Positions 8,901 to 19,106 of a DNA stretch of 64,000 nucleotides are shown here, in pieces. The stretch lies in the NCBI GenBank assembly GCA_963706595.1, contig OY970166.1, positions 2,368,001 through 2,432,000 on the forward strand. Direction: 5' to 3'. The notes under the pieces are model-generated. The model was not told the origin of the DNA. It was given only the letters and a program-made list of their open reading frames with translations, and searched no databases. Position 1 is the first letter of the stretch. Each line of letters begins with the position of its first letter. This DNA comes from an uncultured cyanobacterium. GTDB taxonomy: Bacteria; Cyanobacteriota; Cyanobacteriia; Cyanobacteriales; Nostocaceae. The translations under genes and the position numbers were made by a program.

Positions 8901-11420
8901 GTGAGGAGTATGGGGTATCAGCAACCAAGAGAGATCATATCAGCAGGGATGGCGATCGCACTAACATCATTACTTGTACAGCCAGCTTTAGCTGAAACTA
9001 AAACGCATAATTTCACCAATACAGCAAAGTTACTATTAGCACAGCAATCTGTTGTCAAAATTACAGGTGTTCAAGTCAATGCTACAGATAAAGGGATTGA
9101 CGTAATTGTAGAAAGTGCAAACACAGAAGCACTTCAGCCTCTAAATAGAAGTACAGAAAATAATTACATTGCAGATATTCCCAACGCTGTTTTAGCATTA
9201 CCTGAACGTCAAAACTTTAACATTACTAATCCAGCCAGTGGGATTGTGTCTGTGAGTGTGACTCAAGCTGACCCTATTACTGTGCGGGTGACAGTTACAG
9301 GAGAGAAAGGTTTACCCACAGCACAGTTATTTGATAGTAATCAAGGTCTGATATTTGAATTTGCGCCCACTGTATCAGAAACACAACCACCAGAACAGCC
9401 GACAAGTGAAACCCCACCAGAAGCACCTATTGAATTACTTGTCACAGGTCAACAAGACAGCTACCGAGTTCCTAACGCCTCTACTGGGACAAAAACTGAC
9501 ACCCCAATCCGCGATATTCCTCAAGCAATTCAAGTCATCCCGAAGCAAGTTATTCAGGAACAGCAAGTGCAGCGTTTAAGTGACGCATTAAAAAATACTG
9601 CTGGTGTAATTACTAACACTTCAGACCGCAATATATTTGATGGCTTTGTAATTCGAGGATTCACCAATCGTACTATTATCCGTAATGGATTGAGAGATGA
9701 CACCAACACTACTGCTGGTTCTGGAATTGCCAACATTGAACAAATAGAAGTCCTCAGAGGGCCAGCTTCTGTTTTATTTGGTCAAGGTGGTGCTGGAGGT
9801 ACTGTCAATATTGTGACTAAAAAACCTCTTGAAACACCTTTTTATTCAATAGAAGGAACAATTGGCAGCTATGATTTATACAGTGGTGCAATTGATTTAA
9901 CAGGACCTCTGAATGAGAGTAAAACTCTGTTATATCGTCTTAATGCTTCTGCTTTTAGTTCGGGTTCCTTTGTCGATTTTGTAGACATTGAACGTTACTT
10001 AATAGCACCTGTTTTAACTTGGAAAATTGGTGAAAACACAGCATTAACTTTAGAAGCAGAGTATTTTGATACAAAACAACGTAACGACAGAGGTATCCCC
10101 GCATTAGGTACAGTCTTACCCAACCCTAACGGACAAATTCCTAGAAATAGGTTTACAAATGAGCCATCAATTGACAAAAATAATGGGCAAGTATGGCGAG
10201 TAGGCTATAATCTAGAGCATCGTTTCAATGAAGATTGGCAAATCCAAAATAGCTTACGTGGTTCATTTCAAAAAAGGCAACAAAATTCTGGTTTTCCCAC
10301 ATCTTTAGATGATGATGCTAGAACTTTAAACCGTGGTTTATTTATTAGTGAAGCTGCCGTAGATAGCTACATTTTAGATACCAATCTGGCTGGAAACTTT
10401 AATACTGGAAATATCAAACATAAACTGTTATTTGGGTTTGATTTATCTAGAGAAATATTTCAAGGTTCTAGTCAGCGTGTTGCAGTTAGTCCTCTAGATT
10501 TATTTAACCCAGTATACGGTTCACAAAACATTGGTGCTGTACTAGATGAATTTCCTAATGAGCCATTTACTCAACAAGGTTTAGGATTTTACTTACAAGA
10601 CCAAATTTCCCTAACAGATAACTTTAAATTAGTGATTGGGGGACGTTTGGATATTGTCAATCAAAAACAAGAAGATGCAGAAAGAAATGTTACTTCTTTT
10701 CAAGAAGACACAGCATTTAGTCCCCGCATTGGTATAGTTTATCAGCCAAGTCAATTAGTTTCACTTTATGCTAACTACAGCCGTTCATTTGAGCAGGTAA
10801 CAGGTACAACATTTGATACAGCTTTATTTAGACCAGAAAGAGGAACTCAATATGAAGTAGGAGCTAAGTTTGATTGGACAAATCAACTTTCATCAACTCT
10901 TTCTCTATATCAAATTACCCGTTCAAATGTGCTAACATCTGACCCGATAAACCCAGATTTTTCCATCCAAACAGGAGAACAAAGAAGTCGCGGTTTTGAA
11001 GTAGATATTGTGGGTGAAATATTACCTGGATGGAAAATTATTGGTGGTTATGCTTACACGGATGCTCAAATCACTCAAGATAATGATCTTCCTGTGGGTA
11101 ATCGAATTAATAATGTACCCAAAAATGCTTTAAGTTTATGGAACACTTACGAAATTCAACAAGGTAATTTACAAGGTTTAGGATTTGGTCTAGGTCTTTT
11201 TTATGTAGGAGAAAGAGAAGGGGATTTAAATAATACTTTCAGTTTACCCAGTTATTTACGTACAGATGCAGCATTATTTTATCGTAGAGATAACTTTCGA
11301 GCTGCTTTGAATGTGCAGAACTTGTTTGATACTGAGTATTTTCAATTAGCAGAAAACCGCTTACGTCTTTTTTACGGCGAACCACGCACTGTAAAATTCA
11401 CCTTGGGTTGGCAATTTTAA
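8901..11420 (+). CDS. TonB-dependent siderophore receptor with N-terminal AMIN-like domain (start may be ATG 8910)
   Basis: Signal peptide, TGTKTDTPIRDIPQAIQV plug, IEVLRGPASVLFG, C-terminal aromatic residue (WQF). Confidence 0.93.
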   Translation: MRSMGYQQPREIISAGMAIALTSLLVQPALAETKTHNFTNTAKLLLAQQSVVKITGVQVNATDKGIDVIVESANTEALQPLNRSTENNYIADIPNAVLALPERQNFNITNPASGIVSVSVTQADPITVRVTVTGEKGLPTAQLFDSNQGLIFEFAPTVSETQPPEQPTSETPPEAPIELLVTGQQDSYRVPNASTGTKTDTPIRDIPQAIQVIPKQVIQEQQVQRLSDALKNTAGVITNTSDRNIFDGFVIRGFTNRTIIRNGLRDDTNTTAGSGIANIEQIEVLRGPASVLFGQGGAGGTVNIVTKKPLETPFYSIEGTIGSYDLYSGAIDLTGPLNESKTLLYRLNASAFSSGSFVDFVDIERYLIAPVLTWKIGENTALTLEAEYFDTKQRNDRGIPALGTVLPNPNGQIPRNRFTNEPSIDKNNGQVWRVGYNLEHRFNEDWQIQNSLRGSFQKRQQNSGFPTSLDDDARTLNRGLFISEAAVDSYILDTNLAGNFNTGNIKHKLLFGFDLSREIFQGSSQRVAVSPLDLFNPVYGSQNIGAVLDEFPNEPFTQQGLGFYLQDQISLTDNFKLVIGGRLDIVNQKQEDAERNVTSFQEDTAFSPRIGIVYQPSQLVSLYANYSRSFEQVTGTTFDTALFRPERGTQYEVGAKFDWTNQLSSTLSLYQITRSNVLTSDPINPDFSIQTGEQRSRGFEVDIVGEILPGWKIIGGYAYTDAQITQDNDLPVGNRINNVPKNALSLWNTYEIQQGNLQGLGFGLGLFYVGEREGDLNNTFSLPSYLRTDAALFYRRDNFRAALNVQNLFDTEYFQLAENRLRLFYGEPRTVKFTLGWQF

Positions 11421-11445
11421 CTCATAAATTGCTCATAGGGTAGTT

Positions 11446-11668
11446 ATAGGACTCCTATTTGAGTTTTGTTGGCGTAGCTTATAAACACGTAGTTGACTGA
11501 CAGGCTTAAAATAGTTCATTAGACGTAGGTTGGGTTAAGCGCAGCGCCACCCAACGCGACCAATGATGTTGGGTTTCCTTACGTCAACCCAACCTACAAT
11601 TTTTTTGCAATATTTTAAGCTTGTCACGCCAATACTTATTTTTTTCATAAATCAAATCGGATTCCTAT
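11446..11668. mobile_element. Three nested inverted-repeat elements (MITE-like)
   Basis: Outer IR ataggactcctatttga/tcaaatcggattcctat (15/17); middle tgacaggcttaaaata/tattttaagcttgtca (15/16); inner gtaggttgggtt/aacccaacctac. Confidence 0.65.
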
Positions 11669-11731
11669 TACATATAGCCCTTGAATACTATCAGGGCTGT
11701 TTAATTACCAAATCCATCGCCAAAGCATTCA

Positions 11732-12712
11732 ATGATTAGAAAATGTTTGGATCACATCAAGCTATTTTTCATAGTAACCCTGGTTGCAATATTTTCCAAA
11801 GGATGTTATGATTTTTTCCCTGAAAATATCTCCTCGTCAAAAGCAAACTTAATCACATCAGAATGTCGAATCATTAAGCATGAGTTAGGAGAAAGCTGTA
11901 TTCCTAATAATCCTCAAAATATCATTGTGACTGACCAAGAAAGTTTAGAAATTTTAGTGGCTTTGGGTTTAAAACCAATAGCAGCAACTACAGCAAATCG
12001 GGTAGGGAATAAAGCACCTATATTGAAAGAAAAAATTGCTGGAATTATTGATTTAGGTAAAGAAGGTCAGCCTAATATTGAAAAAATTGTCAAATTACGT
12101 CCTGATTTGATTATAGGTTTTTTTATCACTCCTCAAAATTATCAAATTTTCTCCCAAATAGCTCCCACAGTTTCCATTGATGATTATACAGAAACTGGAT
12201 GGAAAAAAACTTTAATCCAGGTTGCTTATATAGTCGATAAAACTCCAGAAGCAGAACAACTATTAGAAAGATATCAACAAAGAATTGCAGATTTGAGACT
12301 CAAGTTTGATCAAAAATTACGAAATACTGAAATTACTATCATGCGATTTTACACAAATATTCAATTTACACAATTTTTGAATCAATCATCATTTCCTGTA
12401 AGTATTTTAGAAGAATTAAAACTATCTATACCCCTCGCACAACGTCAGCTTAGTAGAGGCGCAAATGTCAGTTATGAAAATGTTAGTTTAGAACGTGTAG
12501 ACTTGTTAGAGGCTGACGCAATGTTTATAGCACTAGACCCAGGTTCTGAAGAAAACTTGCAAAAATATCAGAATAATCCTCTATGGCAAAAGCTGAATGT
12601 AGTTAAAAACAATCGCGTATATACTGTTGATTCAGGTTACTGGATTTTTGGAAATATACTATCTGCTAATGCTATTTTAGATGACATTTATAAATATCTA
12701 TTAAATCAGTAA
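11732..12712 (+). CDS. Iron-siderophore ABC substrate-binding lipoprotein (FhuD/FecB-like)
   Basis: Lipobox-like SKGC, QPNIEKIVKLRPDLI, LWQKLNVVKNNRVY. Confidence 0.9.
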   Translation: MIRKCLDHIKLFFIVTLVAIFSKGCYDFFPENISSSKANLITSECRIIKHELGESCIPNNPQNIIVTDQESLEILVALGLKPIAATTANRVGNKAPILKEKIAGIIDLGKEGQPNIEKIVKLRPDLIIGFFITPQNYQIFSQIAPTVSIDDYTETGWKKTLIQVAYIVDKTPEAEQLLERYQQRIADLRLKFDQKLRNTEITIMRFYTNIQFTQFLNQSSFPVSILEELKLSIPLAQRQLSRGANVSYENVSLERVDLLEADAMFIALDPGSEENLQKYQNNPLWQKLNVVKNNRVYTVDSGYWIFGNILSANAILDDIYKYLLNQ

Positions 12713-12877
12713 TCCGTAGCATCTGTTCTAGCATTATTATCTGCGTTTATCTGCGTGCATCTGCGTTTAATTATTACTGCTTGTACCTTAATTAAATGAA
12801 GAATTGCTATATCGCATATCTTAACGCAATATTTGGAATTAGCGGCGCACATTATCCTTCTCCGAAATAACTAGATA

Positions 12878-13852
12878 ATGAAAAAATTATTAAGGCGTTA
12901 TTTTAATTTATTTTTTATCATGACTTTGACTATAATTTTAGTGCAAAGTTGTAATCAGCCTCAAAACACAGATTTATCTAAAGAAAATTTAGTCACATCT
13001 GAATGCAAATTAATCCAGCATCCTTTGGGAGAAACTTGTGTTCCCTTAAAACCTCAACGCATCATTGCTTTAGATGAAACCTCTATGGAAGCATTGCTGG
13101 CGCTCGACTTAAAACCAATAGCAACAGCACAGCCTAATATTGCAGGAAGCATCATACCAAAGTTGGGTAAAAAAGCTGAGGGAATAGTTTCTTTAGGAAA
13201 AGCTGAACAGCCAAATCTAGAAAAAATTGTGCAGTTAAATCCAGATTTAATTTTGGGTTTTTCTATTAGTGCAGAACAATATCAAATATTTTCACAAATA
13301 GCACCTACATTTACACTTGATTATGTACAATTTGGTTGGAAAGATGCTTTCTTAAGTATTGCTGAAACAACAGGTAAAACTGAAAAAGCACAAAAAATAC
13401 TTCAAGAATATCAACAAAGAGTTGAAAAATTACGCACATTTGTAAATGATAACCTCACAGAAAAAACTGTTTCCATTAGTCGCTTTTATGCTGGTAACAA
13501 CTTTACAGAATTTCGTACTAGATATTCATTTCCTGGGAGTATAGTGACAGAGGTGGGAATACCACTACCAGAAGTTCAAAATCAACTCACGACTAATGAA
13601 AATCAACCTCTATTTTCAGTTAGTTTAGAACGGATAGATTTAATAAATGCTGATATTTTATTTATAGTTTTAGACCCAGGTGCGGAAGAAAACTTTCAAA
13701 AATTTCAGAATAGTCCACTATGGCAAAATCTGAAAGCAGTTAAAAATCAACGAGTTTATACCGTTGACTCAAGTTATTGGATATTTGGAAATATTCTTTC
13801 AGCAAATGTTGTTTTAGATGATTTGTTTACATATTTAGTGAAACAACCATGA
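12878..13852 (+). CDS. Second iron-siderophore substrate-binding lipoprotein
   Basis: Lipobox VQSC, QPNLEKIVQLNPDLI, LWQNLKAVKNQRVY; paralogous to the upstream gene. Confidence 0.9.
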   Translation: MKKLLRRYFNLFFIMTLTIILVQSCNQPQNTDLSKENLVTSECKLIQHPLGETCVPLKPQRIIALDETSMEALLALDLKPIATAQPNIAGSIIPKLGKKAEGIVSLGKAEQPNLEKIVQLNPDLILGFSISAEQYQIFSQIAPTFTLDYVQFGWKDAFLSIAETTGKTEKAQKILQEYQQRVEKLRTFVNDNLTEKTVSISRFYAGNNFTEFRTRYSFPGSIVTEVGIPLPEVQNQLTTNENQPLFSVSLERIDLINADILFIVLDPGAEENFQKFQNSPLWQNLKAVKNQRVYTVDSSYWIFGNILSANVVLDDLFTYLVKQP

Positions 13853-14763
13853 TATTTGATTCTAAAAATCGAGAAATACTGCAAATATCTCCAGAATTAG
13901 CTAATAGTAATATACTGGGATTTTTAATAGAAATATTAAATCTTGCTCAAAGCAATTTAGATAGTTTTTATACTGAGGGCATTATTTTAACTCAGCTTCC
14001 TGATGATGTTGAGGTGATTTCACTTAATGATTATCTACAACCAGATAGACTTTTATCTGATTGGCAAACCAGCGAAATATACCCAAAAACTCAAGATATT
14101 CGCATTGCTGCATCTATTTGGAATAAAGTTTATAGCTGGACAACATTACCAGGTGTTTTAGCTTTGATGACTTGGGCGGGAGTAGGGTTAGATGCTTCTA
14201 TTGATAATGTGAGTTTTGTTTTGGAAGATGATAAACCCAAGGCGTTATGGTTTCATGACTTGAGTGGTACTGTCATTTATCCTCAAAGATTACCTGTAGC
14301 AATTCCCGAAAATTATCCAGGAAAAATAGTAAATAGCGTTGCGGACTTACATGAATTTGTTTTTAGCAACTTATTCCAGCGCAATTTTGCACCAATGATA
14401 GACAGAGTTCATGGTTTAACTAAACTCTCTAAAAAAACTATGTGGGGTAATGCTGTAAATGCTTCTGAAAGACAGTTTGCTGAATTGAGTAAATGTATTA
14501 ACTCAGAAGCAATAAAAATAGATTATTCCACCTTGTATGAACAACAATATAGTAGTGTCATGCCAGGACGCAATCCTCTTTACAACTTAGTACGTAGTGA
14601 ACAAATCAACGAACCGGGTTTACCAGCAAAAACCACAGTGAGACGCACCTGTTGCTTATATGCGTTTATTCCTCCAGGAGATGAAAAGTGTACAAATTGT
14701 CCTCTTCTCACACCTCAAGAACGTATCGCTCAAATGAAGCAATACATGACAGAAGATGAATAA
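13849..14763 (+). CDS. FhuF-like ferric-siderophore reductase (2Fe-2S)
   Basis: C-terminal RRTCC-x11-CxxCP motif, MWGN motif; overlaps both neighbours. Confidence 0.8.
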   Translation: MIFDSKNREILQISPELANSNILGFLIEILNLAQSNLDSFYTEGIILTQLPDDVEVISLNDYLQPDRLLSDWQTSEIYPKTQDIRIAASIWNKVYSWTTLPGVLALMTWAGVGLDASIDNVSFVLEDDKPKALWFHDLSGTVIYPQRLPVAIPENYPGKIVNSVADLHEFVFSNLFQRNFAPMIDRVHGLTKLSKKTMWGNAVNASERQFAELSKCINSEAIKIDYSTLYEQQYSSVMPGRNPLYNLVRSEQINEPGLPAKTTVRRTCCLYAFIPPGDEKCTNCPLLTPQERIAQMKQYMTEDE

Positions 14764-16078
14764 AATGTCACAACAACCAAATTCCGCCAGTATGCGTAAT
14801 TTTCTCATAGTCTGGCTGGGTCAGCTAGTTTCTGCTATGGGTAGCCAAATGACCGGCTTTGCTATTGAAATTTGGGCTTGGGAAATTACAGGTAAAGCCA
14901 CTACTTTGACTTTAGTGGGTTTTTTTAGTTTACTTCCCAGTATTATTATTACCCCGATTAGTGGTGTAATTGTAGACCGTTTTAATCGGAAATTATTAAT
15001 GATGGTAGGTGATACTGTCGCCGTTCTCAGCACAGTTATGATTTTGTGGCTGCATCTCACCAATAATTTGCAAATTTGGCACTTTTACCTCACAGGCGCA
15101 ATTGTTGGGACTTTTAACCAATTTCAATCTTTAGCTTATTCGGCTTCAGTCTCGCTGATGATTCCCAAACAACATTATACCCGCGCTAGTAGTCTGGGAT
15201 TTTTATCTAGTTACGGTAGCCAAATTCTTGCACCTGCTTTAGCTGGATTTCTTTACACAATAATTGGTTTTGTCGGAATTTGGTTGATTGATATTTTGAC
15301 TTTTACTATAGCAATTGGCAGTTTATTTATAGTCAAAATTCCTCAACCACCACCTACGAAAGAAACTGAAAATATAGCCAACATTTGGCAAGATTTAGGA
15401 TTTGGTTGGCGTTATATTGTTAATCAAAAAGGTTTGCTAGCACTATTGATAGTGAATATATTATTTTGGCTACCCCATGATATCGGTAATTCTTTATATA
15501 CACCAATGATTTTATCTAGAAGTAATAATAATACTTTAGTGTTAGGAAGTTTAGCTTCTGCGGCTGGTTTGGGTGGTGTCATGGGGGCAATTATGATTAG
15601 CACTTGGGGAGGATTTCAACGCAAAATCAAAGGTGTTTTATTGGGGATGATTGGTGCAGGTATCAGTAAAATTATCTTTGGTTTGGGTAGAAGTCCTTGG
15701 GTTTGGATTCCGGCTCAATTTTGTTCTTCTTTGAATTTTCCTTTGAATGGGAGTTCAGATAATGCGATTTGGTTGGCTAAAGTTGCGCCGAATTTGCAGG
15801 GAAGGGTTTTTGGGGCGCGATCGCTTGTCTTACAAATAGCTTCTGCTGTAGCCTATTTAATAGCCGGACCTTTGGCTGATAATATGTTTGCACCTGCTTT
15901 GAGTACAGATAGTAGTCTGTTTTGGGGAATATTTGGCACTGGTACTGGTGCGGGAATTGCGGTGTTGTATGTAATTTGTGCGTTGTGTATGTTGCTAGTG
16001 GGTTTAGTGGGGTTGACAGTCCCCTTAGTGCGGGATGTGGAAAAGACTGTCCCTGACCATGATCAGGTCATTTTGTAG
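14756..16078 (+). CDS. MFS transporter
   Basis: About 12 hydrophobic segments; motif A GVIVDRFNRK; QGRVFG. Confidence 0.9.
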   Translation: MNKMSQQPNSASMRNFLIVWLGQLVSAMGSQMTGFAIEIWAWEITGKATTLTLVGFFSLLPSIIITPISGVIVDRFNRKLLMMVGDTVAVLSTVMILWLHLTNNLQIWHFYLTGAIVGTFNQFQSLAYSASVSLMIPKQHYTRASSLGFLSSYGSQILAPALAGFLYTIIGFVGIWLIDILTFTIAIGSLFIVKIPQPPPTKETENIANIWQDLGFGWRYIVNQKGLLALLIVNILFWLPHDIGNSLYTPMILSRSNNNTLVLGSLASAAGLGGVMGAIMISTWGGFQRKIKGVLLGMIGAGISKIIFGLGRSPWVWIPAQFCSSLNFPLNGSSDNAIWLAKVAPNLQGRVFGARSLVLQIASAVAYLIAGPLADNMFAPALSTDSSLFWGIFGTGTGAGIAVLYVICALCMLLVGLVGLTVPLVRDVEKTVPDHDQVIL

Positions 16079-16129
16079 TGAACTACTCAGACTTGCCTGC
16101 GGCTGGAGTCTGAGCTTCCCAATTCATCG
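16078..16129 (-). mobile_element. Isolated IS200/IS605-like right-end fragment
   Basis: Minus strand reads gaagctcagact-ccagccgcaggca-agtctgagtagTTCAC: subterminal hairpin plus TCAC terminus. Confidence 0.45.
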
Positions 16130-16269
16130 TTAAAAATTGAAGGTGCGTTAGCCTACGGCATAACAGACCCTACGGGAGGGAGTAATTGAGAATGATAGCA
16201 ATTTACTATCTCGAATTTCTGTGAAGATTTAATGTTTTATCGAAAAATAGCACAAAGATCATATTTGTT

Positions 16270-17202
16270 CTACCCTTTTCCGTTGTCATTTGCTGCCATT
16301 GCGCCGGGGCTTTTCAACTGGTAAATTGCAAACACAACATAATAAGCCACAGTAAACATGATCCCAGAGAAGATTTGCCCTCCCCAAGGACCGTGCCAGA
16401 AGTCAAAGGTCGGTCTACCCCAGTAAAGCACCGCTAAGACTAACACTACTACTCGCGGAATATTGAACACAATCGCGATCGCTATCCCACTCACCATAGC
16501 CAGGCTAATACGCCACCAGACCTGCTTTAAAGTCAAACCTAACCAGAGACTCAGCCCGGTTAAAGAAATTACCATATCAAACCCGGTGCAGGCATAGCCC
16601 ACTCTGACAGATTCTTCTCCTACCAAAATGAGGTTTTTGGCGGCGATCGCTGGTTGCCCGATGACCTGGAGTGCTATACTACCTAGCCAAGCCGTGAAGT
16701 TTTCAGCCACTTCGGGTTCGATGATGCTGCTAAAGATGCGATCAGCCAAAAAAACAGTATTGGGATACATACTCACCAGAATCATCAAACAGGCCAGGGG
16801 ATAGCGCCAAAAGAGTCTAAATCCAAAGGAACTCCAGCCCACTCCCACGACTACGAGCAGCCAAATGAACGCCTGGACTGATACCGAGTCTCTACAGAAG
16901 GGGAGCCAAAATGCACTACCCATTATCAGCAGATGACCAATTAAGCGTTCATCGTGAGAGACTCGCATTTGCCGCAAGGTGTCTCGCTCAGTCCACAGCT
17001 TTTTTAGCCCGAAGTACAAAAAACCGCCATTGAACAACAGAGCGGCACTACCAAAGAGAATTGTAGACAGCAGGGTTCCTGCCCACACCGGGAAGTAAAA
17101 CAGCCCGGTTACGCCCGCCAGCGTTAACATCCGGCCATGATGAGTCTTGAGAGACTGCTGCCAAATATGAATTATCTGCCTGGGCTTGAGCTTTTTTAAC
17201 AT
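16270..17202 (-). CDS. crtC: Exosortase-family transpeptidase, cyanoexosortase C-like
   Basis: Multi-TM protein with Cys (YACTG), Arg (FNIPRV) and His (FWHGPWGGQIF) triad; adjacent to a PTPA-CTERM gene. Confidence 0.8.
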   Translation of the reverse strand: MLKKLKPRQIIHIWQQSLKTHHGRMLTLAGVTGLFYFPVWAGTLLSTILFGSAALLFNGGFLYFGLKKLWTERDTLRQMRVSHDERLIGHLLIMGSAFWLPFCRDSVSVQAFIWLLVVVGVGWSSFGFRLFWRYPLACLMILVSMYPNTVFLADRIFSSIIEPEVAENFTAWLGSIALQVIGQPAIAAKNLILVGEESVRVGYACTGFDMVISLTGLSLWLGLTLKQVWWRISLAMVSGIAIAIVFNIPRVVVLVLAVLYWGRPTFDFWHGPWGGQIFSGIMFTVAYYVVFAIYQLKSPGAMAANDNGKG

Positions 17203-17284
17203 CGCATCAATACATTAACTGACTGGGCTACTTTACCTGTTTGATCATCTGCACTGCCAAAGAACCGTCGCCCTGGTTCGGCAA

Positions 17285-17956
17285 TCAAATTAGGAGGGCA
17301 ATAGCAATAAGTGCGAATCCAGAGACCAGCAGGTTGCCTATAGCTACAGCTAAGAGCTTGTACAGCCTGTTTTGGGTATTGGTTTTCTGTTGCTGGGCCT
17401 GCTGCATCAACTGTTGAGAGACCTGCTCTAAACGTTCTGGGGTGATGTTAGGGTCTGGGGTCTCGGTGTTGGACTGAGCTATTTCTAACTGTTTTAAGGC
17501 TTGGGTTGATTGGTAATCAATATTCCCGATGGCCTGATCGCGAAGCTGAATGGTATCTCGAAATCCCAAAACCCCTGAGAGAATAAAGACCACGCCTAGC
17601 ACTAAGCAAAACCGGGTAACAATCCGTTTGAGGTAACGAGCGTCGAGCAAACCAAGACATAACAACGCCAGACCAGAGATCAGCACAATGCTGCGATCGC
17701 TAACCATGCGGAGGACACTAAATCGCCATTCCGCGGCCAGAAAATTCAGGGGTAACGCCACGCCAGTTAGGTCAACCAGAAACCCCGCAATGCAAGCCAA
17801 CCCCACAATTAGTGCCAGCTTATGCCCTACAGACTTGAAGCGCAATGGAAAACTGTTCAGCAGCTGTTTAGTATTCGTCCGCACCCATTTAGTCCATCCC
17901 AACTTAGGTAGTCTGATTGCTCCTAACTTAGGTCGTCTGATTGCTAGTAAACACAT
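17285..17956 (-). CDS. HpsJ-like membrane protein associated with cyanoexosortases (start uncertain)
   Basis: LPLNFLAAEWRF...SDRSIV, three TMs, Gln-rich coiled loop, terminal TM; context. Confidence 0.65.
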   Translation of the reverse strand: MCLLAIRRPKLGAIRLPKLGWTKWVRTNTKQLLNSFPLRFKSVGHKLALIVGLACIAGFLVDLTGVALPLNFLAAEWRFSVLRMVSDRSIVLISGLALLCLGLLDARYLKRIVTRFCLVLGVVFILSGVLGFRDTIQLRDQAIGNIDYQSTQALKQLEIAQSNTETPDPNITPERLEQVSQQLMQQAQQQKTNTQNRLYKLLAVAIGNLLVSGFALIAIALLI

Positions 17957-18199
17957 GATAATCTCATCAAAATCAACACTTGGGCAGGGGGAAGAGGTTC
18001 ATTTTCCCCAACCCTTGGTGGATGGGCATTTATAACTGTGCTATCGCGCGGCGGCGATAACACAGAGAATTTTCTCTTAAAATAGCCGTTAGCCATACAT
18101 CCCTGAAAAAACATAGGGTTTTGTGCTTTTCGTCCTAACTGATCAAATAATGCCTCCTGGCAAATTGCTAGGAAACAGAAACACAAGTTAAGTTTAGGT

Positions 18200-18820
18200 T
18201 TAAGACTCTTCTTTTGCTACTTCTTGCTGGCGTTTCTTACGCATTGCAGCTATCCACATACCTACTAGACCAGGTAACATCGCTGGAGTGGGAATTACGG
18301 GGTCGGGGGCGGGTACGAAGTCTAAGTTGAAGATTTCAGCTCTTGATCTAAGCCCCCCAGTACCGCCGCTTGTAAGAGTTGTGATGCGAAATCCGAAAAC
18401 ATCACCTGCGACAACATTTGCAGAGAATGGAAGAGTAGATTCACTGAGAATAGTTGCCAATGGAGTTAGTACATCATTCAACTGAAATTCAAGTTGAGAT
18501 GTGCCAGTCTGACGGGGTTGGAAGTTCCAATCAAAGTTGAAAGTGCCATCTGCTACACCTGTTATTAAGTAAGTACTAAAGGTATTAGGTGTAGTTAGAG
18601 GGCTACTACGAGAGGCGAACTCAATAAAATCAGGAGCGTTGCTCTCATCTAGAAATCCACTCGCATTTGGGCTATTGCTCAAAGTCCAATTGCTTGGATC
18701 GAAATCACCTTCAAAACCAGCAGCATAGCTGGGTGCAGCCATTACCAAACTGCCACAACATACAGAAGCAGTCGCTGCTGCAACTAAGAAACCACGATTC
18801 AGTGTGCTTTGCGCGAACAT
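18200..18820 (-). CDS. Secreted PTPA-CTERM sorting-domain surface protein
   Basis: RBS GAGGAG before ATG 18820; signal peptide ending APSYA; C-terminal IPTPAMLPGLVGMWIAAMRKKR (motif, TM, basic tail). Confidence 0.85.
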   Translation of the reverse strand: MFAQSTLNRGFLVAAATASVCCGSLVMAAPSYAAGFEGDFDPSNWTLSNSPNASGFLDESNAPDFIEFASRSSPLTTPNTFSTYLITGVADGTFNFDWNFQPRQTGTSQLEFQLNDVLTPLATILSESTLPFSANVVAGDVFGFRITTLTSGGTGGLRSRAEIFNLDFVPAPDPVIPTPAMLPGLVGMWIAAMRKKRQQEVAKEES

Positions 18821-19106
18821 AGAAATGTATCTCCTCACTTATTAATACGACGTTTTTACGTATAAATATCCATTTCCTGATGATTTATTGAAAATCTGAC
18901 CAGTTTTAAGTTGGATTTTCTCTTTTCATCTCAGTGAAATCGACTATGTACACAATATCATAGGTATATGGTAGTGCCAATAAACTTCATCAATATTTTG
19001 CAAAATTACTTTTAACATCATAATTCCGGATTATCACAGTCATAACTTGTAATTCTGACGACAGAGGCAAAATATACTGAAATTGTTTCATATAAATACT
19101 GATTGT

